64,000 nt of DNA from Steroidobacteraceae bacterium (lineage in GTDB: Bacteria > Pseudomonadota > Gammaproteobacteria > Steroidobacterales > Steroidobacteraceae), in assembly GCA_050012215.1 (NCBI GenBank), contig JBEKHO010000017.1:13888-77887 (forward strand), written 5' to 3'. Position numbers and translations under genes: made by a program. The notes under the pieces are model-generated. The model worked only from the letters and a program-made list of their open reading frames with translations, was not told the origin of the DNA and ran no database searches. Positions 1 through 11,998 of this stretch are shown here, in pieces (position 1 is the stretch's first letter; each line of letters begins with the position of its first letter).

Positions 1-33
1 CGCGTCGCTCTCCAAGGATTGACGCGAACCCGC

Positions 34-663
34 TCAACCGTGCTTTGCGTGGTCCGCCTCCACCTTGGCCACCGCGGGCCGGCTCGCGATCTTCGCCGCG
101 TGCGCGCCGAGCGCCGGCACGCGGGTGAACAGACCTTCTTTCTCCGGAAACCAGGATGCGAGCATGTACAGGTACGGGTCCGCGAGAGAATAATCGGCTC
201 CCAGCACGTACGGATTCAGGCCGCGTCCGACCAACGACAAATGGGCCTCAAAATCCGCCGCCGCCTGGTCGCGAATCGCCCCAGCGTCGGCTTCACCCCG
301 CGAGGAATACCGCGAAGAATAGAAAAAACGCAACGCGGCATCATAGATATTCGCCGACATGAAACTCATCCACTGCAGGAAGCTCGCGTGTCGGCCGGTA
401 CCCGGTGGGGGCGCGAGCTTGGCTCCCGAATTTTGCAGCGACAGGTGGATGATCATGGCCGCGGATTCGAACATGACCGTTCCATCCGGCAGCTCGAGCG
501 CGGGCACCTTTCCGGTGGGGTTGATCTTGCGGAACCGCTCCACATCCACCGTCTCGCTTCCCACCCAGACGCGCTCGTAGGGTACCGCCATCTCTTCCAG
601 CGCGACTTGAACGACGAACGAGCCGGAACCGGGGCGGCCGTGCAACTTGAACGCTTTTTGCAT
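34..663 (-). CDS. glutathione S-transferase family protein
   Basis: 209-aa ORF with an N-terminal thioredoxin-like GST pattern (KLHGRPGSGSFVVQVALEE...) and a helical C-terminal half. Length is typical of cytosolic GSTs. Confidence 0.75.
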   Translation of the reverse strand: MQKAFKLHGRPGSGSFVVQVALEEMAVPYERVWVGSETVDVERFRKINPTGKVPALELPDGTVMFESAAMIIHLSLQNSGAKLAPPPGTGRHASFLQWMSFMSANIYDAALRFFYSSRYSSRGEADAGAIRDQAAADFEAHLSLVGRGLNPYVLGADYSLADPYLYMLASWFPEKEGLFTRVPALGAHAAKIASRPAVAKVEADHAKHG

Positions 664-987
664 GTGTGGATTGTCACCGAGTTGCCGCGCCCGTGCAATC
701 GTGCACTAAGATACCTGGATGAAATTTGCCGTGCCGGGCGCGACCTTGATCATGCCAGGCGCTGATGCATACCCAAGAAAGATTCCGCGACGTTCTGTTC
801 ACACGGCGGGACGTCGACGCACACGCCGAGCGGCGTTACCACCCAGGAGAGCCTTGATGCTTGACATATCACGCTTCGAATTGCTGAATCGAGCAGCGCG
901 TCTCGGCACGATCGACGGGATACTATGGACCGACGCCCGGCAGCATGGATGTGACCGTCAGGGCGTCGATTCGAAAAGTCGCGCGCA

Positions 988-3366
988 ATGATGCGCGCGC
1001 ATTCCCTGCGTATCATTCTCGCTGCGCTCGGCGCTTTGGTGCTCGCCGCCGCCTTGGCTGCGTGGCTCACCCTGCGCGCCAGCCTTCCGGTCATCGACGG
1101 CCGAGCCGTACTTCCCGGGCTCACCGCCCCGGTCACCATCGAGCGCGATGCGGCCGGCGTACCCACCATCACCGGTGCCGATCGGGCCGATCTGGCTCGC
1201 GCGCTGGGCTATCTGCACGGCCAAGATCGGTTCTTCGAGATGGACTTGATGCGCCGGGCCGCCGCCGGAGAATTGTCCGCGTTGCTCGGCGCATCGCTGC
1301 TGCCCGAGGATCGGCATCTTAGGGTGCATCGATTTCGCGACGTCGCCGTGCGCGTCATCGCGCGCGCCGACGCGTCCAGCCTGGCGATGATTCAGGCATA
1401 CACCGCCGGCGTAAACGCCGGTCTGCAGTCACTGCGCAGCCGTCCTTTCGAATACTGGCTGCTCGGAAGCCGTCCGCAAGTCTGGCGCGACGAGGACACC
1501 ATCCTATGCGTGCACGCCATGTTTCTGCAGCTCCAGGATTCTTCCGGTCACGGTCAGCTGCAGCGCGGTCTTCTGCGCTCGGCGCTGCCGGAAAGTCTGT
1601 GGAGATTCCTGGAGGCGGATGCGACCGACTGGGAGGCGGCGGTCGACGGCAGCCGCGTCGCTGCGCCCGCCATTCCCGGGGCGGCGGAAGTGGACATGCG
1701 CAAACAGATCGGGTTGCCGGTGCAACCGCCGGAGCGGGTGCTGCGACACCTCGAGCTCGGCAGCAATAACTGGGCGGTCGCGGGATCGCGCACCTCTAAC
1801 GGCGCCGCGATCGTCGCCAACGACATGCATCTGGACTTCAGAGTGCCCATCATTTGGTACCGCGTCAGGTTGCGGCAGACGGGGGATGCGGCGTTCGATG
1901 CCGTCGGGGTGACACTGCCCGGCGCGCCTTCCATCGTCGCGGGAAGCAATGGCCACATCGCCTGGGGCTTCACCAACAGCTACGGCCAATATTCCCGAGT
2001 CATCACGCTGGTGCCGGCGCCTCAGGATCCCAACGGCTATCTGACAGCGGACGGCCCCCACGAGCTGCGCTACGTGGACGAGCCGATCGCCGTCAAAGGC
2101 GGCGCGACCGAGCATCTGAAGGTGGCGTTGACTCAATGGGGACCGGTGATTGGGAAGGATTGGCAGGGGCGGAGGTATGCGTTCGAGTGGACTGCGCAGG
2201 ACCCCGACGCGATCAATCTGCACATGGTTTCACTGGAACGAACCCGATCCACAGCGGATGCCGTGCGGGCCGCGGCGCAGTTTGGAATCCCGGGACAGAA
2301 CATCATGGTCGCGGACAGCGACGGCCACATCGGCTGGGCGCTCGCCGGCCGGCTGCCGCGGCGGGCGGCGCCCGACTCCGACGTTCCGTGGCTCTCCACC
2401 GACGCGTCCGCCGGGTTCGACGGCTGGCTGGATGCAGCGAATCAACCGCACGTGCTCGATCCACCGGACGGTCTGCTCTGGTCCGCCAATGCGCGGGTGG
2501 TCGGCGGCAACGATGCCATCCTCATCGGCGACGATGGTATGGACCGAGGCGCGCGTGCCGCGCAAATCAAGGCGGATCTGTACGCGGCTGGTCGTGCGTT
2601 CACGCCTCTCTCCAGCCTGTCGATCCAATTGGACGACCGCGCGATGTTCCTCGAGCGCTGGCGCACGCTGATGAGCGAAGTCCTCGAGCGCGTGCGCGCG
2701 CAGGGCGGCCACGATCAGGATGCGGCGCACGACGTGCTGGCGCGCTGGAGCGGTCACGCCGCAACCGGCGACCCCGCCTACCGGCTCGTCAATGCGTTTC
2801 GTCTTCAGGTCGAGGCCCGGGCGTTTTACATGCTCGTCGCGCCCGCACGCCGTGTTGCGCCGGATTTCGTGTTCGAGATTCCCGATTCCTTCGAAGGCGC
2901 GCTGTGGCGTTTGGTGCAGGAGCGGCCCGTGAATTTGTTATCGCCGGACTATGCGGATTGGGATGTCTTTTTGGGCGCTGCATTGACAGCGAGCGAGCGC
3001 ATGCCCGCCGGCTGTGCCGAAATGGCCTCCTGTACCTGGGGAACCGTCAACGCGCTGCACGTCGCGCATCCGCTCTCCTCCGCTCTGCCTCTGCTCGCCA
3101 AATTTCTCGACATGCCAACGGTCTCGGTACCCGGCGGACGCCACGATATGCCGCGAATTCAAGGTCCCGACTATGGAGCATCGGAGCGCTTCAGTGTCGC
3201 ACCCGGTCACGAACAGGAAGGATACTTTCAAATGCCGGGCGGCCAGAGCGGTCATCCGTTGTCACCGTTCTATCGTGCGGGGTTCAGCGACTGGGTGCAG
3301 GGCAAGCCGACTCCGCTCCTGCCCGGCCCGACGGCACACTCGGTGACGCTGACCGGCGCGAACTAA
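988..3366 (+). CDS. penicillin acylase family Ntn-hydrolase (possible acyl-homoserine-lactone / beta-lactam acylase), N-terminally membrane anchored
   Basis: 792 aa. Hydrophobic N-terminus (ILAALGALVLAAALAAWL). Family-typical start DAAGVPTI...LGYLHGQDRFFEMD. Internal GSNNWAV matches the autoproteolytic Ser nucleophile site of the beta subunit. Confidence 0.85.
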   Translation: MMRAHSLRIILAALGALVLAAALAAWLTLRASLPVIDGRAVLPGLTAPVTIERDAAGVPTITGADRADLARALGYLHGQDRFFEMDLMRRAAAGELSALLGASLLPEDRHLRVHRFRDVAVRVIARADASSLAMIQAYTAGVNAGLQSLRSRPFEYWLLGSRPQVWRDEDTILCVHAMFLQLQDSSGHGQLQRGLLRSALPESLWRFLEADATDWEAAVDGSRVAAPAIPGAAEVDMRKQIGLPVQPPERVLRHLELGSNNWAVAGSRTSNGAAIVANDMHLDFRVPIIWYRVRLRQTGDAAFDAVGVTLPGAPSIVAGSNGHIAWGFTNSYGQYSRVITLVPAPQDPNGYLTADGPHELRYVDEPIAVKGGATEHLKVALTQWGPVIGKDWQGRRYAFEWTAQDPDAINLHMVSLERTRSTADAVRAAAQFGIPGQNIMVADSDGHIGWALAGRLPRRAAPDSDVPWLSTDASAGFDGWLDAANQPHVLDPPDGLLWSANARVVGGNDAILIGDDGMDRGARAAQIKADLYAAGRAFTPLSSLSIQLDDRAMFLERWRTLMSEVLERVRAQGGHDQDAAHDVLARWSGHAATGDPAYRLVNAFRLQVEARAFYMLVAPARRVAPDFVFEIPDSFEGALWRLVQERPVNLLSPDYADWDVFLGAALTASERMPAGCAEMASCTWGTVNALHVAHPLSSALPLLAKFLDMPTVSVPGGRHDMPRIQGPDYGASERFSVAPGHEQEGYFQMPGGQSGHPLSPFYRAGFSDWVQGKPTPLLPGPTAHSVTLTGAN

Positions 3367-3418
3367 AGTTGACGTGCTCGCCTCGCGCCCGCGGCGCGAC
3401 GCCGCTGACCATCTCCGC

Positions 3419-4078
3419 TTAAGGTTGCTTGGCCGATCCGAGCGACTTCGCCGTGCCTGCCCCTACGCAACCCCGCCCCTCGGCGCAGATCTGATTGACC
3501 GGGCAGACCATCGGACTGCCGCTGACGCAGCCGCGCGCGTCGGCGCCGGCCGAGTGAGGCGCGCAGCGCTCGCGTCCGTTGCAGGCTTTCTGATCGTCGC
3601 AATCCGCATCCGTCATGCAGCTCATGGTGCCCGCGTCGCGATCCAAGGTGGCGAGCTCGCCCTGTCGCGCAATTTCTCCCGACAACGTCGTGTCGAGCAG
3701 CAATTGCTGCGGCTCCCGGCCCGCCGACAAATCGACGTCCGCCGCAACGACCTCCCACGGCGGCGACAACGGGCTTGCGGCGCGGTAAAACAGGCTGAAG
3801 CGCTGCACGTTGCGCGGGTCGATGGCTTCGTTCAAGGTCAAGGGAATGACGCGGGTCGAATCGCGCGGCCACGCCTCTCCGTGAGTGAGCGCGACTCGCC
3901 TCACGGCCTTGCCGGCCTCGTAGATGCGCAGCTCCAGATAACTTCCCGCCGTGAGATCTGCCACACCCGTCACGATGCGCACCTGGATGTGCGAGACGGG
4001 CACCGCAAAGGATGCGGCCGAGCCCAACGCAAAAATGAGGGCGAGGGCGCACTTGATCGACGGCAGGCGTAATTTCAC
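3419..4078 (-). CDS. secreted protein: PLAT/LH2-like beta-sandwich followed by an 8-Cys module
   Basis: GTG at 4078 is preceded by an AGGGGA RBS. Signal peptide VKLRLPSIKCALALIFALGSAASFA. Body pattern IQVRIVTGVADLTAGSYLELRIY...W-x-V resembles PLAT. The C-terminus has 8 Cys (DADCDDQKACNGRERC...). The upstream ATG at 4138 is a possible alternative start. Confidence 0.6.
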   Translation of the reverse strand: MKLRLPSIKCALALIFALGSAASFAVPVSHIQVRIVTGVADLTAGSYLELRIYEAGKAVRRVALTHGEAWPRDSTRVIPLTLNEAIDPRNVQRFSLFYRAASPLSPPWEVVAADVDLSAGREPQQLLLDTTLSGEIARQGELATLDRDAGTMSCMTDADCDDQKACNGRERCAPHSAGADARGCVSGSPMVCPVNQICAEGRGCVGAGTAKSLGSAKQP

Positions 4079-4260
4079 GGGGCATCCCCTAGCGCGAATG
4101 TGATTTTGAAGATGATCGATGATAGCCCATCCCGCCATGCTTGCCGCAAGCGCCGGCGCGCCGCCCGACTTAACTTATCGTGTCAGGGGTCTTTCTAATT
4201 GCTCCGCAACAGGCGTACCCTTGAAATTATTGTCAAGCACCCGATCGCAGGAGGTGTCCC

Positions 4261-4527
4261 ATGAACAACTGGATTGCACTCGCCGCGGCATGCTGTCTGG
4301 CCGGCTGCGCATCGATGAACAACGCCCCCGCCCGCAACGACGCAGCGCCGCTTGCTGCAACGCGCGCAGGCTGCGTGAATCAGACCGGAAGCCGGATTTC
4401 CCAGGCCGGAACGGCCTGCACTGGCCCGGGACGTTCGTACTCGCAAGCCGACATCGCGAACACCGGCCAGACCACCGCCGCCGGCGCGCTCGGGTTGCTG
4501 GATCCTTCGGTCACCGTTCACCACTAA
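4261..4527 (+). CDS. small lipoprotein, unknown function
   Basis: AGGAGG RBS lies upstream. Lipobox is present (MNNWIALAAACCLAGC|AS). 88 aa. Confidence 0.6.
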   Translation: MNNWIALAAACCLAGCASMNNAPARNDAAPLAATRAGCVNQTGSRISQAGTACTGPGRSYSQADIANTGQTTAAGALGLLDPSVTVHH

Positions 4528-4544
4528 GCCGAACGCCCGCGCTG

Positions 4545-6689
4545 CTACGGCACTGCGTCCGCGAGACCCCGCTCCTTCAGCATGGCGTCGACCTTGGGCG
4601 CACGGCCACGCCATGCGGCATACATTTCTGCGAGGTCCTCGGTATTGCCTCGGGATAGGACCATATGGCGGAAGCGATCGCCGTTTGCGCGGGTCAGTCC
4701 GCCGTTTTCCTCGAACCATTGATAGGCGTCGTCCGCCAGCATTTGCGTCCAGAGGTAGGCGTAGTAGCCGGCGGAATATCCGCCCGCCCAGATGTGGCTG
4801 AAATAGGTCGAGCGATAGCGCGGCGGGACCGCCTCGAGATCGGGGTGAGTCTTGGTCAATGCCTCTTTCTGGAACACATCCGGGTCTTGCAACGGGGCGC
4901 TGGCCGGCAACATATGCCATTGCATGTCGAGCTCAGCCGCCGCCAGCAGCTCGGTCATCCGGTAGCCTGCGTTGAAATTTTTCGCGCGCTCGATCTTGTC
5001 GCTGAGCTCCTTCGGCATGACATCACCCGTTTTGTAGTGACGCGCATAGTGCTCGAAAATCTCCGGGTACGTCGCCCAGTGCTCGTTGAACTGCGAAGGA
5101 AATTCGACGAAATCCCGCGCCGTAGCCGTACCCGAGAGGCTGGGATACTGCGTGTCCGCCAGCATGCCGTGCAGTGCGTGTCCGAACTCGTGGAACATGG
5201 TCGTCACGTCGTCGAAGCTGATGAGCGCGGGCTCGCCCGGCGCAGGCTTCGGGAGATTGGCCACGTTGTAAATGACGGGACGGGCACCGAGCAGGTGCGA
5301 CTGGGTGGCAAAAGTCGACATCCACGCGCCACCATTCTTGTTGTCCCGCTTGAAGTAATCGCAATAGAACAGCGCGAGCGGTTTCCCATCGGTGTCCGAG
5401 ACCTCGAAGACGCGCACCTCGGGCTGGTACACCGGAATGCCTTTGAGCTCCTTGAAGGTGATCCCGTAGAGGCGGGTGGCCGCATAGAAGACGCCATTCA
5501 CGAGCACGTTGCCAAGCTCGAAATAGGGCTTCACTTGCGCATCGTTCAGCGCGTACTTCGCCCGGCGCACCTGCTCGCTGTAGAAGTCCCAGTCCCAGGC
5601 CTCGAGCGCGAAATGTTCTGCGCTCGAATCGATCACGGCCTGGATGTCCTTGCCCTCCCGCTCCGCCCGGGCGGTCGCCAGCGGCACGAGCGCATCCATG
5701 AATTGGAGCGCCATCTCGGGGGTCTTCGCCATTTGGTCCTTGAGCGTCCAGGACGCATGGTTCGGAAAACCAAGCAACTGCGCACGCTGGGCTCGAAGCT
5801 GGGCGAGCCGCGACACGATCGTCCGAGTATCGTTCGCATCGCCCCGCTCGGTGCGGTTCCAGGAATTCTCGAAGATCGCCTGACGCGTCGAGCGCTCGCT
5901 CAAATAGGAAAGAGCGGGCTGTTGCGTGGTGTTCTGCAGCGCGAGTACGTAGCCCTGCGAGTGTTTGGCCTGCGCGGCCAGCGCGGCGGCAGCCAGTTGT
6001 GCGTCGCTCATGCCGGCGAGCGCCGCCGGCGCCGCAGTCGCGTACGCGCCCGCCGCGTTGGCGGCCAACAGCCGCTTGGAGAAGGTATCCGATAGCGTGG
6101 AGGCCTCCCCGTTCAGTTTCTTGAGCTTTTCCTTGTCCGACTCGGAGAGTGTCGCGCCGGCGCGCACGAACTCGTCATAGGTGACCTGAACCAGCCGCTT
6201 CGATTCCGCATCGAGGCCGCTGGTCTCGCGCTTCTCGTGGACTGCGGATACGCGTGCGAACAACTTCGCATTCAGATAGATGGCGTCATATTGCGCGGCC
6301 AGCTTCGGCGCCAGCGCAGTCTTCGCTGCCTGCAGCGTCGGATCGGTATTGGCACCGGTCACGCCATGAAACGCCTGGATGGCACGGCCGAGCAGCGCAC
6401 CGCTCTTCTCCAAGGGAACCAGGGTGTTCTCGAAGGTCGGTGCGGCGGCATTCTCCGCGATCGCCCGCACCTCGGCGAGCTGTTGCGCCATCCCCGCTTC
6501 AATGGCCGGTTGATAATCCTCGTCCTTGATTTTGTCGAACGGCGGCGCATGAAAGGGCAGCGAACTCTGCGCGTAGAACGGATTGCCCGGTCCAAAGCCT
6601 GTCTTGGCCTCCGTCGCCCCATCGGCGGGTGAGACCGCCGCGGTCAATGCCGCTCCCGCCGCCAGCAGCGCGAATAAATTCTTCCGCAT
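4545..6689 (-). CDS. dcp: M3 family peptidyl-dipeptidase (Dcp-like), secreted
   Basis: 714 aa with a signal peptide (MRKNLFALLAAGAALTAAVSPADG) and the zinc motif HEFGHALH in an M3 context (FHEFGHALHGML...EFPSQ). Confidence 0.85.
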   Translation of the reverse strand: MRKNLFALLAAGAALTAAVSPADGATEAKTGFGPGNPFYAQSSLPFHAPPFDKIKDEDYQPAIEAGMAQQLAEVRAIAENAAAPTFENTLVPLEKSGALLGRAIQAFHGVTGANTDPTLQAAKTALAPKLAAQYDAIYLNAKLFARVSAVHEKRETSGLDAESKRLVQVTYDEFVRAGATLSESDKEKLKKLNGEASTLSDTFSKRLLAANAAGAYATAAPAALAGMSDAQLAAAALAAQAKHSQGYVLALQNTTQQPALSYLSERSTRQAIFENSWNRTERGDANDTRTIVSRLAQLRAQRAQLLGFPNHASWTLKDQMAKTPEMALQFMDALVPLATARAEREGKDIQAVIDSSAEHFALEAWDWDFYSEQVRRAKYALNDAQVKPYFELGNVLVNGVFYAATRLYGITFKELKGIPVYQPEVRVFEVSDTDGKPLALFYCDYFKRDNKNGGAWMSTFATQSHLLGARPVIYNVANLPKPAPGEPALISFDDVTTMFHEFGHALHGMLADTQYPSLSGTATARDFVEFPSQFNEHWATYPEIFEHYARHYKTGDVMPKELSDKIERAKNFNAGYRMTELLAAAELDMQWHMLPASAPLQDPDVFQKEALTKTHPDLEAVPPRYRSTYFSHIWAGGYSAGYYAYLWTQMLADDAYQWFEENGGLTRANGDRFRHMVLSRGNTEDLAEMYAAWRGRAPKVDAMLKERGLADAVP

Positions 6690-6711
6690 GTCGAGACTCC
6701 CGTGTGCATTC

Positions 6712-8010
6712 CTATTGCTCGTGCTTGTAGACCGTGCCTTCCTTCATGACGAAGCTGACGTGTTCCAGGACCTGGATGTCAGCCAGAGGGTCGCCTTTCA
6801 CCGCCACGATGTCGGCCGATTTGCCCGCGGCGATCGACCCGAAAAGCTCCGAATGGCCGATGAGATCCGCCGCATTGACCGTCGCGGATTGAATCGCCTG
6901 CATGGGAGTCATGCCATATTTGACCATGAACGCGAATTGCCGCGCGTTCACGCCGTGCGGGCAGACGCCGGCGTCCGTGCCGAAGGTCATCTTGACGCCC
7001 GCACGGACGGCCTTGGTGAAGTTGCGGCGCTGAAGGGCGCCGAGGTCGCGGTCGTGGGCGAGGAAATCGGCCGGCGTGTCCGGCGCGGATTGAATGCACT
7101 CCTCATCGTAGATATCCATGTCCAGATACGTACCGTGCTGTTTCGCGAGAGCGATGCCCTCGTCGTCGATGAGCGTGGCATGCTCCACGGACGCGACGCC
7201 CGCACGGATCGCATTCTTGATGCCTTCGGCAGCATGGGCGTGCGCGGCGACGCGGAGTCCGAAATTGCCTGCCTCTTCCACCGCCGCACGCAGCTCCTCG
7301 GGAGTGAATTCGATGGACTTTGGGTTGCTCCCGTGCGTGAGCACGGCGCCCGTTGAAAGCACCTTGATGTGATCCGCGCCCCGGTGCGCAAGTTCCCGGA
7401 TCTTCTGGCGAACCTCCCAGGGACCGTTCGCCACACCGTAATGCATGTCCCAGGGCAATTGAATATCGGGAGGCAGGCCGGTCATATCGCCGGCACCCTG
7501 ACTGATGGTGACATAGGCTCCCGCGACGTACATCCTCGGACCGATGAACATTCCGTTCGCAATGGCGTCGCGCATTGCCACGTCGTTGAAGGCGCGGTAC
7601 ACGCCCACGTCCCGCACCGTGGTGAAACCGGCGAGCAGGGTGACCCGCGCGTTCGGAATGGCCGCGTAGGCGGTCTCCACCGCTGAGCGCTTCAGAACGT
7701 CGAGAGGCTCCGAATACGCGAGGTCGGCGAGGTGCGTGTGGCAATCCACCAGCCCCGGCAACACGGTCATGTTGGATAAATCGATGACCTCTGCACCCTG
7801 CGGAATCGGCACATCGGGCCCGACCGCTTCGATCACCTTGCCCCGGACCAGAATGAGCTGATCGGCCACGCTCTTGCCGGCCACCACATCGATGAAGTGC
7901 CCGGCGCGAATGGCGATCACCGGGAGGGGATCGGGAGCCGGTGCGGCGCGGGACGCGGCGGCGAAGATCGCCAGCGCAAAAAACCACGAAAACAGGCTGA
8001 TTTTGCTCAC
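6712..8010 (-). CDS. amidohydrolase family metallo-hydrolase, secreted
   Basis: GTG at 8010 has a GAGGGAG RBS. Signal peptide VSKISLFSWFFALAIFAAASRAAPA. HxH metal motif LPGLVDCHTHL. Later AAHAH and HATLID motifs are typical of the COG1228-type amidohydrolase fold. Confidence 0.8.
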   Translation of the reverse strand: MSKISLFSWFFALAIFAAASRAAPAPDPLPVIAIRAGHFIDVVAGKSVADQLILVRGKVIEAVGPDVPIPQGAEVIDLSNMTVLPGLVDCHTHLADLAYSEPLDVLKRSAVETAYAAIPNARVTLLAGFTTVRDVGVYRAFNDVAMRDAIANGMFIGPRMYVAGAYVTISQGAGDMTGLPPDIQLPWDMHYGVANGPWEVRQKIRELAHRGADHIKVLSTGAVLTHGSNPKSIEFTPEELRAAVEEAGNFGLRVAAHAHAAEGIKNAIRAGVASVEHATLIDDEGIALAKQHGTYLDMDIYDEECIQSAPDTPADFLAHDRDLGALQRRNFTKAVRAGVKMTFGTDAGVCPHGVNARQFAFMVKYGMTPMQAIQSATVNAADLIGHSELFGSIAAGKSADIVAVKGDPLADIQVLEHVSFVMKEGTVYKHEQ

Positions 8011-8117
8011 GATGCTCCCTCGTCCGACGACCGTCGCGCATGATACGCCCACTCCCCCCTTGATATCGACGGCGCTTCGCCTCAGGCTTCCTCTGAGCGG
8101 CATACGGGAGTTTCAGC

Positions 8118-9527
8118 ATGAGAATCCGAGCTTCGATGAAGGCAGCGGCGATTTCGGCCATGCTCGCCCCGGTCGTCTGCGCAGCGGCCCCCGACGAAGT
8201 CGCGTTCCGCGATCTTTATCGAGAACTCGTCGAGATCAACACGACGCGCTCGGTCGGCAGCTGTACCCAGGCTGCTGAGGCCGTGCGCGCTCGACTCCTG
8301 GCAGCGGGAATTCCCGAGGCTGACACCCGCATCCTTGCCCCGCCGGACCGCCCCGGCGACGGCGCACTGATCGCGGTGATCCACGGCCGCGATGCAAAGT
8401 CCAAACCGATCCTGCTCCTCGCTCACATCGATGTCGTGGAAGCGAAGCGCTCCGAATGGGAGCGCGATCCGTTCAAGCTCGTGGAGGAAAATGGGTGGTT
8501 CTACGCGCGTGGCGCGAGCGACGACAAGGCGATGGCGGCGGTGTTTGCGGACAGCCTGATCCGCTACCACCAGGAGGGATTCCGCCCAAGGCGCGGCCTG
8601 AAGCTTGCGCTCACCTGCGGCGAGGAAACGCCCGATGTGTTCAACAGCGTGAAGTGGCTTCTCGATACCCAGCCTGAGGTCCTGGACGCTGCATTCGCGC
8701 TCAACGAGGGCGCAGGAGGCGAGCTCGGCAAGGACGACAAGCCGGTCGCCTTGCAGATCCAAGCCGGCGAGAAGGTGTACCAGGATTTCTCGCTGGACAC
8801 CGCCGATGTGGGTGGACACAGCTCGCGTCCCACGAAGAACAATCCCATCGTGCGCCTTGCCGGCGGCCTCGCTCGTCTTGGCACCCATGATTTCCCGGTC
8901 GCGCTGAACGAGGCGACGCGCGCCTACTTCGAGGCCCAGGCGAAGCTGTCGCCTGCCGACATCGCCTCCGACATGCGGGCGGTGCTCGCGAACCCGGCGG
9001 ACGAGGCCGCCGTGGAGCGCTTATGGGCGGTGAACCCCGGCTGGAACGGGATGCTGCGCACGACCTGCGTGGCCACCGAGATCGCCGGCGGGCATGCACC
9101 TAACGCGCTTCCGCAACACGCGCATGCCAACGTCAACTGCCGGATATTGCCGAATGTGCCGATTGCCGACGTTCAGGCCGAGATCGTGAGAGTACTGGCC
9201 GACGACAAGATCACTGTCGCGCCGGTGGGAGAGCCGGGGATGCAGTCGCCCCCGCCGCCCCTCTCCGCCCGCATCATGAATCCCGTGCATGCGGTCGCCG
9301 GGCACATCTGGCCCGGCGTCGCGATCGTACCCACGATGGCGACGGGCGCCACCGATGGGCGGTTCCTGAACGCGCACGGTACGCCAACCTACGGCCTCTC
9401 GGGCATGTTCCACGATGCCGAGGGCTCGCGCGCGCACGGCTTGAACGAGCGCATCCGCGTAGTGTCGCTGACGAACGGCCGGCGATTTCTCTACGAAATC
9501 GTCAAGCTGTACGCGAACCAACCCTAG
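8118..9527 (+). CDS. M20 family metallopeptidase, secreted
   Basis: 469 aa with a signal peptide (MKAAAISAMLAPVVCAAAP). M20 motifs LLLAHIDVV and RGASDDKAM are present, with a dimerisation-domain-sized insert. Confidence 0.8.
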   Translation: MRIRASMKAAAISAMLAPVVCAAAPDEVAFRDLYRELVEINTTRSVGSCTQAAEAVRARLLAAGIPEADTRILAPPDRPGDGALIAVIHGRDAKSKPILLLAHIDVVEAKRSEWERDPFKLVEENGWFYARGASDDKAMAAVFADSLIRYHQEGFRPRRGLKLALTCGEETPDVFNSVKWLLDTQPEVLDAAFALNEGAGGELGKDDKPVALQIQAGEKVYQDFSLDTADVGGHSSRPTKNNPIVRLAGGLARLGTHDFPVALNEATRAYFEAQAKLSPADIASDMRAVLANPADEAAVERLWAVNPGWNGMLRTTCVATEIAGGHAPNALPQHAHANVNCRILPNVPIADVQAEIVRVLADDKITVAPVGEPGMQSPPPPLSARIMNPVHAVAGHIWPGVAIVPTMATGATDGRFLNAHGTPTYGLSGMFHDAEGSRAHGLNERIRVVSLTNGRRFLYEIVKLYANQP

Positions 9528-9539
9528 GCACCGGCGCTG

Positions 9540-11696
<2,157 letters not shown>

Positions 11697-11998
11697 CTCG
11701 AGGTTCCATCACAGGGTTGAACGGGGGCGCAGAGTTTGCCACGGCAGGGCGGCCGTGTCGAAAAATTGTCAATCTTATCGCTGCTTTCGCGAAGCCGGGG
11801 CGGGCCGGCAGAATGGCTGCGAAAATCATGTCAAAGTCTTAATGCCGCCTTATCGCCCGTCCTGCAGGCCCCGGCCCGCGCGCATGGCCTCACGAACCGC
11901 CTGAAGTGCCTCCCGCGGTCAACGCGCTACCGGGGCCGGCCGTTGATTGTCGAGCCCGGGCCTCGATCCCGGGGCGTCGCCGACACTTTAGGAGACCC

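Noticed and set aside
19-765. 248-aa plus-strand ORF overlapping the GST gene
   Set aside because: Arg-rich antisense artefact. The GST frame is clearly the coding one.
861-889. TTGACA-N17-CTGAAT as promoter of the acylase gene
   Set aside because: The -35 is perfect but the -10 matches only 3 of 6 positions. There is no independent support.
6712-8010. Amidohydrolase as the missing isoaspartyl dipeptidase (iadA-like) of the cyanophycin pathway
   Set aside because: It carries a signal peptide, whereas beta-Asp-Arg hydrolysis is expected to be cytoplasmic. It lies about 25 kb from cphE in an unrelated context. Family membership alone is not specific.
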